DNA of 64,000 nucleotides from Phoronis australis (taxonomy: Eukaryota > Animalia > Phoronida): contig NMRA01000716.1 of NCBI GenBank assembly GCA_002633005.1, positions 120,667 to 184,666 of the forward strand, read 5' to 3'. How positions within the stretch are numbered: position 1 is the first letter of the stretch; each line of letters opens with the position of its first letter. This document shows, in pieces, positions 48,407 to 63,845 of this stretch. The notes under the pieces were generated by a model that was given only the letters and a program-made list of their open reading frames with translations, did no database searches and was not told the origin of the DNA. The translations under genes were made by a program, and so were the position numbers.

Positions 48407-50957
48407 TTCATTCTACTTTTCGAAACACTATTGTATCCCTTAGAAGATCGGGATGGCCTCTTTTAGTTTCGGCTTTATTTTCTACGTGAGGTTACTGAAA
48501 TACGTAAATGGAGATAAAGTTCGTGCGATTACGTTTAAAGTGAGGCAAAGTCACAAGAAACAATGAAAAACGAATAACAAAAGACTAATGAAAATGTATA
48601 GAAACTTCTTGCAGCGCCGTCTCTGAAAACATTGTTTTGGTCGATTTCTCAAAATGGTTCCTGAATACCAGCCAGTACGCGGTCCTCAACGACAAACGTT
48701 ATCACCATAGACTGAAGGAGGTTATGTTATTCGGTAAGATCTGGTTTGTGATTTCTGTTTGACCCGATTAGCGCAGCTTGGAATTTACGAGATTTGTTGT
48801 AGATCTGACTGTTCAGTGTTCGCAATGATACAACGGCACCATCTTGGATTTCATGTGAATTTGACGGTTAAGTGTACGTTGCAGTCAGAAAACGACGCCA
48901 TCTTTGATTTGTTGTTGATCCGACAGTTCAATGTACGCTAGTCATCCAGCATTCCTTCTTTGATTTCTTGTGGATCTGACAGTTCAATGTCTATCACAAT
49001 CATGCACCATTTGTTGCTGATCTCACAGCAATGCATGTTACAATCACAAACGGCGCCATTTTTCATTTGCTGTTTATCTGACAGTTCAGTGTATGTTACC
49101 ATCAGGTAATGGGACAATCTTCGAGTGCAGTATTGCAGTTTCCTCCCTTTGTTGAACGTTTCGTCGCGATATTTGTCATACTCGGAGCTGTGATGTTCTT
49201 TCTTGATAATTAAGTAACTTGCGGGTATTTTTGATGTAAAATGCAACGCCAAGAAGGGCTTTTTATAAAATGTTATCAGAATATGTATTTTTTCATTCAG
49301 AAAAACACTTTGTTCTATGATGCATTCTTGAATAATCACAGCAAACAAAAAAGTATTTGTAAAACTTATTTATTTACATTGAGTGGAATAGCTAAACACC
49401 ACAAATCTGCGACTTAAATCAGCTTACATGCCGGACAATACATTTAACTCGTAAGACAAAACTGGGAACAAAACTTCGCTTTTTCAACTCCACCTTAACA
49501 ACGCCACCTGTCCAACATTTCACTTAGTACTATTTCCAATGCTCAATCTTTACTAGCAAAAGTCAACAAGCAGCAATGACAACTCGCCACATCACATGCT
49601 GTTGGTGAAAATCTCATTTTCAAAACATCAATTAACAAGCACATTGCACTATTTTAATTGTGCAGCAGACAAAAGGGTAATAGTCACTTACTCCAGTGGC
49701 CTGTGCATTTTGTAAATCCGTTTGAAATCTGTTATCCAGTCAGAAAAATTGGTTCACAACATGTGGGACCCCTGTGTCTATTATCGTAAATCTAACGAGA
49801 GTTTGCGTAACTACATGTACCTCACAGTATACCCTGACCATGCAGCGCATTACAACTCACACGTGTCCAGCTTCAACACACATGAGCTTTGTGCAAGCCA
49901 CTTGTACATGTTAATGAGAACACTTTCCGGATGCCAATCCAATGCGTGCAAGCTGAATGGTTGACTCTAGAGTAGCCTTAAAGAACTGCACAACAAAGAG
50001 GTGAACTACAATATAAAACTTAAGTAATTGGAACAAATACTATTTCCCGCCACAATGACAAATTTTATTTTAGCAAAAATGCTCCATTAGGGCCACAAAA
50101 TCCTAATTACAGAATGACTTAGCCAACTTACTAACTTTCGGTTAATTCTCCTACATTCTGGGTCATGAGGGAAAACTACTGTGATGATGAATTCAGCTGT
50201 CGTAATGGGGAATTGTGGGTCGCTTTGCCTGAATAGTTTTGACTTGCACTGTGCAGCCAGCATGTACATGCCAATCTCAGTGACATAGCTAGGAATGCTT
50301 TCGCCAGGGGGCGTAAGATGACATTTGCCCCTCTTCCCCACATACCCTGCATAAGTCACTGGTCTATGAACATGGCTCAGATTTCTGGTCTAAGACCTTA
50401 CAGTAAAAAAAATTCAGAACACTTCCAGAAAGCATTGTCTACAGTACACTACTGGGGAGTAGTCATGGATCTTACACTATAGAACAGTTGAAACATGTCC
50501 AGTCTGCGAACACTCAATGCTGCTTTGACTGCAAGACTTAGCCTACCAATTTAGATAAAAACGGATGGTTGAGGAGACTTCTAATGTGTGAACAATCGCA
50601 ATGGTACAGCTGACTGTTATACACCAACTGTCTAAAACCATACAGAACAAGAGCTGAAATTTGTCCAGTACGAGACTGCTACATGTTGGTTCTGAACATA
50701 AGACTGTGGCTACCAATCTAGGATCTTGGAGAGCATGTGCTTGGAGAGACTTCCTCTAAGCGAACAATTACTGGCGGACAGTTGGCTGTAGACAAGATGT
50801 CTTGAAACGGACAATACAGAATAGTTGAAATATGTTCAGTTGGTGACAACTTGCTACTGCATCAGAATAAACAACTCTTCCGCTACCGATCAAGGCAGTA
50901 AAGTGATTTCCAGTAGGTGAACAATTGCTGACGAGTTTTGAACTACAACCTGGTCAT

Positions 50958-53900
50958 CTAGGACCGTAGTGCACAGAAGTGCTGGAATACTTCCAGTATG
51001 TGAATGTCTATGTCACTGGTGAACAGCAAAGACTCCAAGGTGCTGATGTACTTGAACACTTGTTCATTGTGCTGCAAACAAAAGAAGAATATCATTATTT
51101 GTTCACATTCGTAAACGGATTTAACAATGATTGCGAGTAGTTGTCGAAATTAATTACAGTTACCAACTTCAAACCTGAATCCATTTATTCTAAGCTTATT
51201 TGCAAATATCACTATTTTGATAAAAAAATTTAAACAATGAAATTTAACAATGATTTCTCTAAGGTAAAAATTTTTAAGGCACACATGTCTACCAAAATGG
51301 CTGCCACAGCACGAAAAAAATGGACTTCATTTCCTGTGAACTCAATGTTAAAGAATGCATATTCAAATAGGGATGTTTTGGCAATATCTTCAAATGATAA
51401 GACTCATTCTAGTAAAATGAACCATTTGTTTCATGTTTCTCCAAACCTTCACATATAACAATCAGGTCAACTAGACACTAAATTATGAAAATTTTAAATC
51501 TGTTTTGTGGTAAATGTTCAAAAATTGCAAGTTTTTATAGATTTGCAGTTTCAGAAATGAACTTAAAAATAGTCTCGAGTGTTAATTGAAGTCTCTTTCC
51601 ACATTGGTAATAAACATGTCAGGCAAAGCAGTGTTAGCCCAAGTCCAGCGTTCTTAATTAGTAAGGGATACTGTGCACCAGCAATCTTCTTGAACAACAC
51701 CTCTCAAAAGACTTCGGTAGATGTCAGGTTTTTCCTGTGTGGCCACCATGCATGGTCAAAGGGAGGAGCTGTACCAAAATGACTGACAAGCTACTGACCA
51801 TTAAGAACACCTGCTGCAGCCTTTCAATGACCCACTTGTACCAAGGTGTGTTATAGTCCCGCCCTTCAGTCTCACAACTGGCCAGGTGATTACTCAGGAT
51901 GATGATGAACCGCTGGAAAATAAACCATCAGTGCTTGACTTGAACATAAGCTAAGTGACAAAATACCAATGGTTTTGAAATTTTAAAATAATGCTTGTCA
52001 CAATAATACGTTTTAAATATACTTAGTTTTCACTAAAACTTCATAAACAATGGATTTGGCTACAAACTTATTCCAAATGGTGATCTTAAAACACCTAATG
52101 GAATGTTCTAATTCTTGAATGACTGGAGGTGCACCTACAAAATGGCCGCCACAGTAGCATGGCATCAAAGCCCTGGTAAAAAGTGCAAATACACGTCAGG
52201 CTGTAACTTACAAAACGTTCCTATTTTAGTGACGTTCTTAGAGTGGTGGAACTCTTTCTGTATTGCTCAAAACACATTACTGTATTAAACTTCAAAAGAC
52301 TTTTGATTTCTTGGTTTATCCTGCCACCGGTGCACAATTTTTGAAAAGTCAATGCACAAACTGGGAAAAATGCCCGATGAGGAAACATTGCCATTTAGTA
52401 ACTCACCTGGAAGACGATCAGAAAGAGGTTCTTCTGTTCACTTTGTGCCGTCTCCAGCCTATCTTCCATCCGTTCCAACAATTCAATAGAGGGCGTGTCC
52501 TCAGGGATCTCAGACTCCAGCCCATCCGCCATCTGGTGAGAAGCAGATTATACTAACAATACGAACCAACACTCAGAAAAATGGCCCAGAATTCCCTGTC
52601 ATGATGGCTGGACCGAAGCTGAATTCATTATCAGTGTAATCTTCACTCATGGCTGCCGAATGAAGGGGAATTACCAGGAAAGTTATTCAGGTGGCCAATC
52701 CATATTGTACTTTGAATTGTATTGATTTCCCTCAACAGTTACTACCACTCAGAATCAGCCACCGTGACAGGAAAATGGTATTTTGTCCAATTACTTTCGT
52801 CTTGTACTGTATGTATCTGATGAACACTACTCAACTGCTGCACATATAGTAGATGATAGACATTCTCTCACCTCTGATCTCACGAAAAATTAAGCACAGG
52901 CACAATTCCTTGACAATTTTTTGCTAATTCTCTTTAATTGATTTACTACTAATTTCACAGACAATTTTTGCCACAACTTCAGTAGACTGAGAACGCCTCT
53001 GAGTCAACAATATTGCAAATGAATTCGTCTTTTTACAGATAACAAGAATAGATGAATGCATACCCCAGAGCACAAATCTGTGAGATACAAGCCCTTCTAA
53101 TCCAGAAAACCATAAGAAAGCAATCATCTACTCAGCAGGCTAGCAGCTGATTTTGGATTGATGTTGCTTGTGTATTCATACTATGATAAACTGAACACCG
53201 GAGAGCTTGAAATACTGCTGAAGTGACCTCTACAGGACACACACCTGTCTGCTGGCAATGTTTGCGATGGCTGCTATCCCACAATACTATATGAATACAA
53301 CATTTTCACCATCCGTAAAGAGGTCAATGAGAAATGCTGAAGAGAAAGGCGCGTTTTACATGTAACAAACATGATGCAGCGGAGTTATAAAGAATGTCTA
53401 TTTTTCACTTCCTACTGTACACCAGATGTTCCTGGTAACCTACACATTCGTGCTTTACCCACTCGCAGTGCAGTCGCAACAAACATCCAGAATAAAAAGC
53501 AAAATTAAACATCTATAAACAAACATACGCACTGCAAGTCGGTAGCCTAACCAAACGCGTTCACCCAAAGATGTCGCCACTGACCTTCCTTTCGGCAGCG
53601 TCCAGTTTGTCCCTGCCATCTTCTACCTCCGCCTGTAACTTGAGCACGTGCTTACTCATTTTCCTAATAGTCGAGTGCATGATCTCCCACACATAGAAAC
53701 TGGAACAGGCGACGTACACAGATTGCAGACAGGGGGCACTATCAATCAGCTCCACGGATAGTCTTATGATGCGCGCAAGTTTTCATAAAGCACGGATAGT
53801 TTCTACAGAGCACGGCAAAAACACGACCCGGAATTCCCAGTCCCGACTGGTCATTCAATTTGCATTCATCTGTCATGAGTCTGCCATGACCAGTCATTTT

Positions 53901-56900
53901 AGCTAATCATGGCCACGTCATGATGAGAAACAAGAACTTTGTCCAATTATTCTTGGTGTGTACTTTACAAGTAAAGAGACCAAAAACCCTCGAGTAATAC
54001 ATTCATGATGCAATCATTTATCTCAAACTTGTTTGTTTTCAATTACTCCTCCGAGAACAGGCAATCTGTCATGGCAGAATAGTCCACAAAATAGGATATC
54101 AATTCATCTGCAGCGATATACTAGGAATACATCTAACATCTGGCCACTTCAACACAACATTACTAAGCAGAATGCCAGTGAATAGCAAGGTGCAAATTTT
54201 GAAGACATTACGCCAAAATTAAAACAAATCATTGGCGAAATCAAACAGGTGGTTAGGCACACCTGTGTGTTTTTTGAAGAAATTTCATTCAAGTTTAACA
54301 TTTGTCTAGTTTATATAAATTCTGGATCCTGTCAAACATCCATCACCCCCGTCCCGCACTATACCTGGTGAAGTCCTGCGTCATCTCCTCTGAGAAGAGC
54401 CAGTTGGCCACAGCGGAACAGTCTACTATTAGGGTTTTCAGCATCTTGTCTACCAGCACGCACATCATTTGGGGGTGACTCCGCCACAGCTCATACATTG
54501 ATTTGAGAATACAGATCTGTGCCTCCTGGCCCTCTGCCAGGGTCTTGAAAACGTAGTGGAACCTGATGGCAAGAAATACGATGAGAAGCACAATATATAG
54601 AATACACAAAAAATCAGGACAAAACAATCCAGAACTCCACACGAAGCCTGATATCCGTGAATGAACTACTCACTTGGCGATGGCGGCAAATGTGTGGCTG
54701 AACGACTTGCTGCCCAGGTGTAGCAGGGTCTGTGTGAACACTTCTATTTTGAGAGGGTTGTGCGTTGGATCCGTGTCCTCCTCTAACAGGGGATTGGGCA
54801 GGTCGTGCAGGATCATCACTGCTTCCTCGGGCGTGCACTTTTGTTTGATTGATGAGATCAGCTGGTGTGCCACCGTTGTGCCCTGTAGAGAGCCTGCAAA
54901 AAGGGAGACAAAATGGAGGCAACGTAGAGGCAACCCATAATAGTCTTCTTGGTCAGAATGGCCAATATAACCCAATCTCCACATGAAGTTCAGCGGCACT
55001 CCTATTTCTAAATCAATGATTATGAAATTCCAAATATACAACACGAGTTAAACATCAAACTAAATGTGATGCCAGATGTAATATTCAGTATGAAAGATTT
55101 CCTATAATTTGTTAAGCTTAGATTAAACTTAACTTCTGAAAGTGTAGATTCATGAGTTCAATTTTGCACGTCTTCGTAGATTCTGACCAAGATACAACAC
55201 CAAAGCCCAACACCTTACCCCCACTTCTCCATCATTGACACTATGTAACCATGAACGAGCACATTAACTTTCAACTACAAGTCCAAGTTATGACTCACCA
55301 GCGCCCTCTTCTGTGAACTTGTAACGAGGAGCCGGCTTCAAGGGAATGAGACTGTCAAATGTATCGGGCACTGTGTCAACAATACGTTGATGATAGGACA
55401 GCCTAGAGAGACAAACATCACGGTAAAACTGTGGACAAAAATAATGCTAAAATTGCCATATTTTTATTTGTTAGAGGTTAACCAAATTGTTGCAGATGCT
55501 CAAAATTTTACCAACTGCTGTTTGGTAATAGCTACTCCATACAACCAGCGCTACAAGCATAGTAAATTTTCGAGAAAAGTTACTTCTGATGAGAAATTTG
55601 ACAAAATGAAGTTTCACCAGTCCACGAGAATTTTTACCAGTGCACTTATATACTTATGAGTACTATAATGGTGAAAAATTATTTGCATATAAAAACTTTG
55701 TATATGACAGCTTCTCTGCTAAATGGGAAAGTTTCATTTTTCACGTTAACTCCATGAAGAAGTCGATTACTTTATACGGGATACGAGAATGGTCTCTCCT
55801 TAGGTGTGCATGCGTGAATGAATGGATGTACTTTTTTGTTTGTTTGTTTATTTGTAGTTGTTTATAAATGATAATAAATACCTGAGAAAAGAAAAAATAA
55901 TGCACTGTACATGTATTCAACTGGCAACATGCTGATGAGAAGATGGTGAGGTTCTACAAGTTGGCCGTCACATCGTGCCATTTTTGCGCCAACCATGGTT
56001 TCCAGTTATAACGATCTGTCAGTTCCATGCAAACCCAGAAATTACTTCTCACCTGAATAAGGAACAACCACGACCCACTTCACTGCGCAAGTGTTCTCAA
56101 CTAAAATTTCCCTTCTTGGACGGAATGCGAATTAGTGGTCGCCTTAAAGTTCATGAACTCTCAGTTATACACACCTCATGCTTTTGAGGAGAGTCTCTCT
56201 GATGAATTTGGGTTTGGGACACTCAGGGTCCTGCTGCAGGGCGTCACTCCAGTCCTCCCATGACCAGCGGAACTGGAAGTTACTGAGGTGGTACGAAAAC
56301 CAGTTGACTAGCCTACAATGGTTAAACGATAGCAGGGATTGTAGAGAGAGATGCACTACACATGCACAGACCTTGTGACTGAGTGAGCCATGAATTATAA
56401 TGAATTACATTAACCACAAATTTTAAGAGATCCAAATAAATTGATGCAGTAAGATAAACAGTACACGGGCAACTTTATTGAAAAATCCTACGAATTTATC
56501 ATCTTGGCAACACTGAGATGCTTTCTTCTGTCAGCCACAAAATACATTCACTTCAAGACATTCACCTTGAGATTACATGTAACACAAGCAAAATATTTGA
56601 CAAGAGATCAGATCCAAATGAAACTTTCTGATACTATACTTTATGCACTGTTCTCCAAAATGCCATTCGGATCAGAATATTGTTTTTTCACTGTTTCCGA
56701 CATTTTTTGTAAGCAATTACGAGCATTAACTTACAAGTAACAAAACCAAAGCATAGGTTCCCAGAACGTGAACCAAACAATAGATGGCACTGCATGAGTA
56801 CACAGAGAGCACGCACCTCTCCATCCTTTACTACCAGAGTCACTCACCTTTCAATGCATGTAGAATGCATGGTGTCTAATCTTTCAAAGAAAATCTCTGT

Positions 56901-59900
56901 TGCTTGAGCAAGCTGACAATCAGTTAAGGAGTCACAACACTACAGTACGTTTGAGCGTGAGTTTGACATGAACTTTTCATTTTAAACCCAAGCGCAGGTG
57001 ACGAGTCAATGTCACAAAATTTTTGAAACCGAAAGAATGTTATCTATTGACACCGTTAAAAAGATTCAAAGAAAAGAAAAAGAGACTGAAGGAAACTTTC
57101 AAACCAATTCACCTGAATTAGAAAGGAATGGAAGATCGTAATTCAGAAAGTCTTGAACAGAGCTGTATTCCTCAGACCGAGACACAAGCGAGAAAAGTCA
57201 GCATAATCACATGCATGGCAATATCTCGCGGTCTTGCGAGAACTTTTGCTTTAGCAAGTTTTTTGGGTTCACAAAACGCAGACCAAAATTAGCTATAACT
57301 GAGAGATATGAATAAGATAAAAATTCTTCTCTGAAATGTCATCAATTTTTCAGTGAGAATGAAAAATGTCAACATTTTTTGAAAAAAAAAATCTGCAACA
57401 ATCTCATATTAACATAAGTCTATGCTGCACACCTGTGCTAAAGGATACGACCTGAGGCATGGAACTCGGCTGCAACTTACACAGCTCGATGAGCAGCGAG
57501 CCATAGAACAGTTCCAGGTAGGGGGGCCGCGGCAGTAGGAGAAGCTGGCCAAACACCACCTCCACGATCATGTAGTTGAGTGGGATGTTGGGCTTGGTGC
57601 TAAGCTCGCGGTTCGCCATGAAGCTGAGCAGAGCGGCAGCACTGGAATCACACAGCATTGTATTGTGTTGTATTGTATTGTATCGTATCACGTTTTTGTA
57701 CTGTTTTGTATTTTATCTTGTAGGGCGGTAAAAATGAGTGGGATATTGGGCTTGGCGCTCAGCGGTTCATTATGAAGATGAGATCAGAAGCAACAATGGA
57801 AAGAAACTACATTGTAACGTATTGAATCGTATTCACATACTTCATGTATTTCAAGTGGGATGTTGGTGTTCAGCTCGTGGTTTGTAATAACATTGTATAG
57901 TATCGTATCACAATACAACACCAGCACTGCAAGTTAAAGCACAAAACCCAGTTTAGATACAAAGATACTGGCCAATAAAATTAACGATTCCTTACTTTGG
58001 TACACTTTCAGAGGAAAGGGGGTCTGGAGAAGTGAACATTTTATACATTTACGAAAAAGGTGAACAATCTCTTCAAAGCATTCACATACAGTCCAAGCCA
58101 AAGGTATTCAGACAAAGTGACCCATAATTCCCCGTCAGCAGTCTTCCAATCTGTAGTTAGAATTTTGCTATGACCACCATTTTTGCTGTTAGTCATAACG
58201 AAGGGAAAACGGTATTTTGTCTTGTACTGTACAAAAACTATAACAGCACCTTAGACATCATTTGAATGCTATATTACAGAACACTGACTCACCAATCTTT
58301 TCTCTCTAAGTAGTGGGTGTGTACAATTCTGTTCAGTTGCTCCTCAATCAGATATCTCTCTATAGCATGGCTGCCAGGCATGACTGGGCCCTGAACAAGG
58401 ACAGAAGACAGTGGTGAACATACAACACACAGGTATCTCTATACAGCCAAGCTCACAGGCATGACTGGGCCCTGATTATGGACATGAGATTCCACCAAAT
58501 GACTGAGCGTCAACATTGGGAAACGGCGACTTTCAATAAAATTACAAAAACAGCAATGCTTTTGCAGTGTTGTTATGTTCAAAACTAATAACGTCAGGAA
58601 ATCTATCATAATCTCAAAAGCAACCCAAAAAAGGCATTTTTGGCCTTAAAATCGACAAGTCCTTTCAAAGACAAATAGTAAGCAGTGGCACTGACACAAC
58701 TTGCATATTTCATTATATATCATTCGCCAGTATCACAATATAGTCAGCTAAATCAATCATTAACCTAGCGAGAGCATATACGAGATCAAACTTGTGTACA
58801 AATATATACTTTTTGAAAATGCTAAAGTACATCTCTGTGAAAATAAAAAACTTTTATTGCAGAGACTAAAATAACTCCACTATGGGCAGTGACAATTATT
58901 GTAAATAACTGAGAAAACACAAGACTTTTCAGGAAGCTTAGGCTCAAGACAACCACACTTCACCAAAAACTCAATCGACCAATCACATGACAAGGAATTT
59001 GAAAGTCTGCTTTAAGCAAGTCACCCAATTGGTCAATTTCAGAGAAGAGTATTGAGTACAACCAATTACCTCCTCAGGTACATCTGTGTAGTCAAACATC
59101 CTGAACACAACAGTGGGTAGAGGGTACTGACTGTCGTCACTGTGCACCGGTGGCATGATCTTGGGCAGGGTGTGTTGTAGGGCCTCGCACAGCACTCCAT
59201 CAAAGGCCAGGTATGGCCGCGAGATGTGTTTTGTATTCCACTTGTTCAGACGTAGGTTCTCAATCTGAGCCCATAGGCAGTCCAGGTACTAGGGGGGATA
59301 ACTCAGGTATTAAGGAAGATAACTCGACAACTATCGGGAGACAACTGAGGACAACTGTCAACAAATGACAGTCATGTTGATTTGCATCCAATGTTTAAGT
59401 CATATGTACCCGTAATGGGAACTCAATATTCACCACGTGTCTCTGGAGAGACAATTACCCTGCACTCAGATAGTCACGTGGGACCCTCAGCTCACATGTG
59501 CTGTCATATTGATGACAAGCTTTCCACTATCTATTCAGATGTTAAAAAGAAGTTGTTTTCTTCATTAGCACAACCTAGAGGATATCTAGTCTCCCTTAAA
59601 CATAACATAGATGCAGACCAAAGATATTTAAAGATAATCTTTCTCCATCATATTCCAAACTTCATAAAGAAACTACGAACAAGCTCAATCTAAAACTCTC
59701 CCAATCTTTTTTTTTTTAACATCACCAATTTTCTAGCTCGAATCCTAATTGTAATTTGTACAGGTCTGATATCTAAAAAATATGGCTTTTTATTTATAGT
59801 ACGGTAGTTTCAAAAGGTGACAATGTCTAGTGAAGATTGTCTGGCTCAGTAAATATTAAGGCCAATAAAGCTTTTGTTCAAAATTTCAAGAAAAAATAAA

Positions 59901-62900
59901 TATTGCCCCTTGTCACTGAAAATTATGGTACACCTTCAAAAATGAAAAATACACACGGACATCTGAATTGTTGAAAAGAGACAGGTATGCTTCGGAGTGT
60001 CAACAAGTAGTGTATGGCGACGCTCACAAGGCCAAAAAATGAAGAGCTGGGCAGTCAAGAATAAAAACAACATACCTCTTCTTGAGGGTGAGGCTCATCA
60101 GAGGACCAAACCTTTAAGGCTGGCGTGTGAATCTTCTGACGTTTGCTACAAAAGGATGTGACACGGTAAGCAGTTACCACCTGGACATTAAATTCAGTGA
60201 CAGTGCAAGGTAACGCAATGGCAAATGGCCACTGAACAGAGCATATTTTTTTGAATTATGGTTGCTCTTTAGTTCCACAGTCCATGACTGTATAGTTTCA
60301 GTGTACAGACAAAACAATGTTATTCATTTCAAGGGTGGACACAAAAATTACTTACAGTTCCCACAACAAACAACTTAGCAACACATTACTTAATTGTTGT
60401 CAGTTTTGGCAAAAGAGATATGTTAACTTAAAGAAACCTTCAAAACTGAACTGGACCTGCAAACTGATTGCATTGGTAACCAAAACTTCAGACAACTTAT
60501 TGTTTCCTGAATAAAAACCCAACCGTGCCATTTTCCCACTTCTGTGGCTGGCAAAACAAACTTGGTAGGCTCAGAATAAGCAAAAAACGGCATTATTTTG
60601 CAATAACATTATTTCCTGTGACTCATACTTCAGAGTTTGCACCATGTTTTGGGACACCATGAATAAGTATGAGACTGTGCACATGAACTGTGTTGCATCA
60701 CGTGCTTTATACCTAAGATAGCTGTTTATTGTTGACAACATCTTGTTAAATTCTGTCTCCTTTTTATCAAACAGCTCCCGTCCAACCTGTAAAGTTAAAG
60801 CAAGAAATGTTCATAGTGAAAAGATGGTAAATACAAAGCCACATGACAGTAAACTGCAGTCAGCTGTTACTGTATGAAGGAAATTATCTTTAAGATTGTG
60901 TAGTACATTTCACAAATAATTTGGCAAACTTCGGAACATGATATCTCAGAAACAACTTTTCGGATTCACATCAAACTTTCGGATACTATGGTTTATGTGT
61001 TGTTCTCCAAAACTTTGCAATAAATTGCCGTCAAAAAGTTCAACTTTTGTACGAGGGATTATCAAAAACAAGACTTTTTATGACTTTCATGAAAAAACAA
61101 GTTGCACAAAACAAAAACATGCTATTTAATCAAATTCAAGCATGTTATACAGCTTCAACAGAATCTTAAACAAGGACACGAAGTAAAACAATGGGACAAC
61201 GGGTAACCTAGCTGGTCTTACTATTTACTTGCAAAATGTGAACCAGTGACACGACGCATGCACCAACTTACCCAGGGAAGAGATGAGAGGACAGCATACA
61301 CATACCAGTCTCCGCGAACCTGAAGACATCAATCAAAGTAATTGCACTATTATCCATTGATGACATTCTGACAACACTTGCTAAAAGTAATCAGACAAAA
61401 TACCATTTCCCAGTCGTGACGGGTAATTGACTGCTCTGATAGTGAATTCCGCTTGAAATAAGACGTCATGACAGCGACTCCGCTCGCGCTCAGTGGTCAA
61501 GATGGGTAAAAGTGGGACGTTTTGTCAGATTATTTTTGGCACGTACTATACCCCTTTCACGTGACACACTTTGTATGACTACGTATTAGACACTGAATTT
61601 GAAGCACAGCTCACCAGCAACTGACATTGCAATATGTATTTTCACAAAATCAATTTATTTGGATTTACTGGTTTTATACGATATACTTCCTATTGTTATT
61701 CATTTACCATGGTAGTTTATGTACCCAGAAAATGCGAATAAATTTGGTGGCATACAAAATATGAAACGAACTCTTGAGAAACATCTGGGTACAATACTAA
61801 GACTATGATTAGGATCTGAAAAATCAGTCGTTGTAAGTTGGGCTTAATTTGTAACTATACCAACAAATCTCTTTCCAAGCAAAAACAGAGGAGGTCAGCT
61901 GAAGTGTACCTGCGGGATATTATCTTCCAACGTCACCTCCACAAAACTGTCGAACATGGCCAGCAAGGACGAGGCTACAATCACGTGACAGTTGACGAGG
62001 TCGGCCAGGAACCTCACCATGAGCTGTGCGTCGACGTAGTTGTCCGTCTTCAGTGCCTCCTTTAGGGAACGCACCAGGACTTCAACAAACTGAGGAGATG
62101 GAACAAATCGTCAACTAAAGGGACACAGGTGAACTTAAGAATACACCGGCCTTATCAAGGGACGACAAATCAAGATTTTGTATGAAGCATGGCAAAGAGG
62201 GCCATGTTTCCACCACCAAATGTTAGTTCTGGTGTGTGTTCAGTTTAGCTAGTAACTAGCAAGTTTGGCAAGATCACTCATATTGCCATAAATTACAAGC
62301 CAAGCATGCCATATTATTGTCTTGGCATTACCGAACAAACACTTGTAGCTATGGTTTCCAACAAAATAACCAAAATGCACAGTCAGCAAAATGTTAGCAA
62401 AATGTCTGCTACACATCTTCCAGTAACCTCACCTCTCCGCCACAATTGTAGTTTTTGGCATTGAGCAGGCCCACCAGCGTAGTGTACACCGACATCTTCT
62501 CTGGAAGGGTAACTACGCTGCAAATAACAACAAAAATTACAATCGTATGTGAAAACTTACTGTTTAGCCCAATTGCACCCACCTCTGCTAAAACTACAAC
62601 TACTGTTGATCCTAAAATTAACATTTATAATATGAATAATGATCAACACACTGGGCCCTCAATGCCTCAATTTGGGGGTCGAATATTGTCCTGATTCATG
62701 TGCAATTCCCCTCACTAAGCCCCAAAATTCCCCTTCAATAATTGAAAAAATCCTTTAAAAGTTAGAGCCACAATCATAGTTTTGGCTACTTTGCAGACAA
62801 GGAGTGGCGACGGGGGTGGAATTGGTGGCGTCTAAGGGAGAAAGGGTGGATTTTCTTTCCAACCAAAAAACTTCTCTCAGCAGACACAGGCACCTCTCTC

Positions 62901-63845
62901 CTCGAGTGTGAGAGGGCCCTGCTAGTTAACACGGCCTGCACTCGCCTGAAAATGGTCCGAGAAACAGTCCATCCATATGTTATGTAAAACCCATAAAAAG
63001 GGTCCCAGCCAAACAAACATGAACTCAGATTCATTAAATGGGACCGTTAGCTAGTGAACATCCACATGGACAGCTTTCTGCTATCTCTCTCGTCAGATAT
63101 CAAAGAGAAAACACAATCTTCCAAACTGACAAGCACCATCTAGTGAGAGCCTAGTCTCCCCCAGTGAGCATAACAAGCGTTTAGTTTACCATTCCACCAG
63201 TAAGCGTATGATCTTTGACTTGTAATTGGACAGATCAGCCTCCAGCACATTAGCCAGCCCTTCAAGGTTACTCTCCAGTGAAGAGGTACTCTGCAACCAT
63301 GACACACAAGCAATCTACTATGATCTTTTATGTTGCTTTAACTATGCAGCACCACTAATATTAACAGAGTCAACAGCAATGTCTTGTTGAGCTGATAAAA
63401 GATCATCAGGAAAGATTTAAATTTCAAGAATATGAAAAATCAGCAATCATTGAAATTGACAACCTAGAATATAATCAACTGCTGTCTATTGTTTTCTGAA
63501 TGTGGACTGCATTTGGTATGGTTCACATAGTGTCCAAATGTAACCTCAGGAGGAAATAAGCAGCAAAATTTAAAGTGATCAAGAAGTGAAACACTTTCAC
63601 ATTATCACCATTGAGCTGATCCAAACTCCAATACACAGGCAGAAATTTCAAGAATCACTTATGGGTTACCAACAGAGACTCCTATTTATCGACAAATCAA
63701 CAAATGATGAAGTGGAAAACCACAAAGCTGTGGTGCAGAGAACAAAGTAGACGGAAACTGACCTTTTCTCCTACACGAGTGATTAGAGACTCAAGACGCT
63801 CTTCAATATCAAGATTTTCAGTGGTGCGTCGTCGTTTAGATGAAC
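50958..63845 (-). CDS. NCBP1: Nuclear cap-binding protein subunit 1 (CBP80), 5'-partial
   Basis: 19 GT-AG exons in consistent phase: 63845-63763, 63290-63190, 62517-62433, 62089-61910, 61319-61272, 60786-60713, 60145-60076, 59288-59070, 58390-58293, 57641-57449, 56912-56848, 56312-56175, 55402-55299, 54893-54674, 54562-54365, 53699-53585, 52532-52407, 51912-51799, 51071-50958 (TAG). Diagnostic peptides: [82 protein letters not shown]. Confidence 0.97.
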
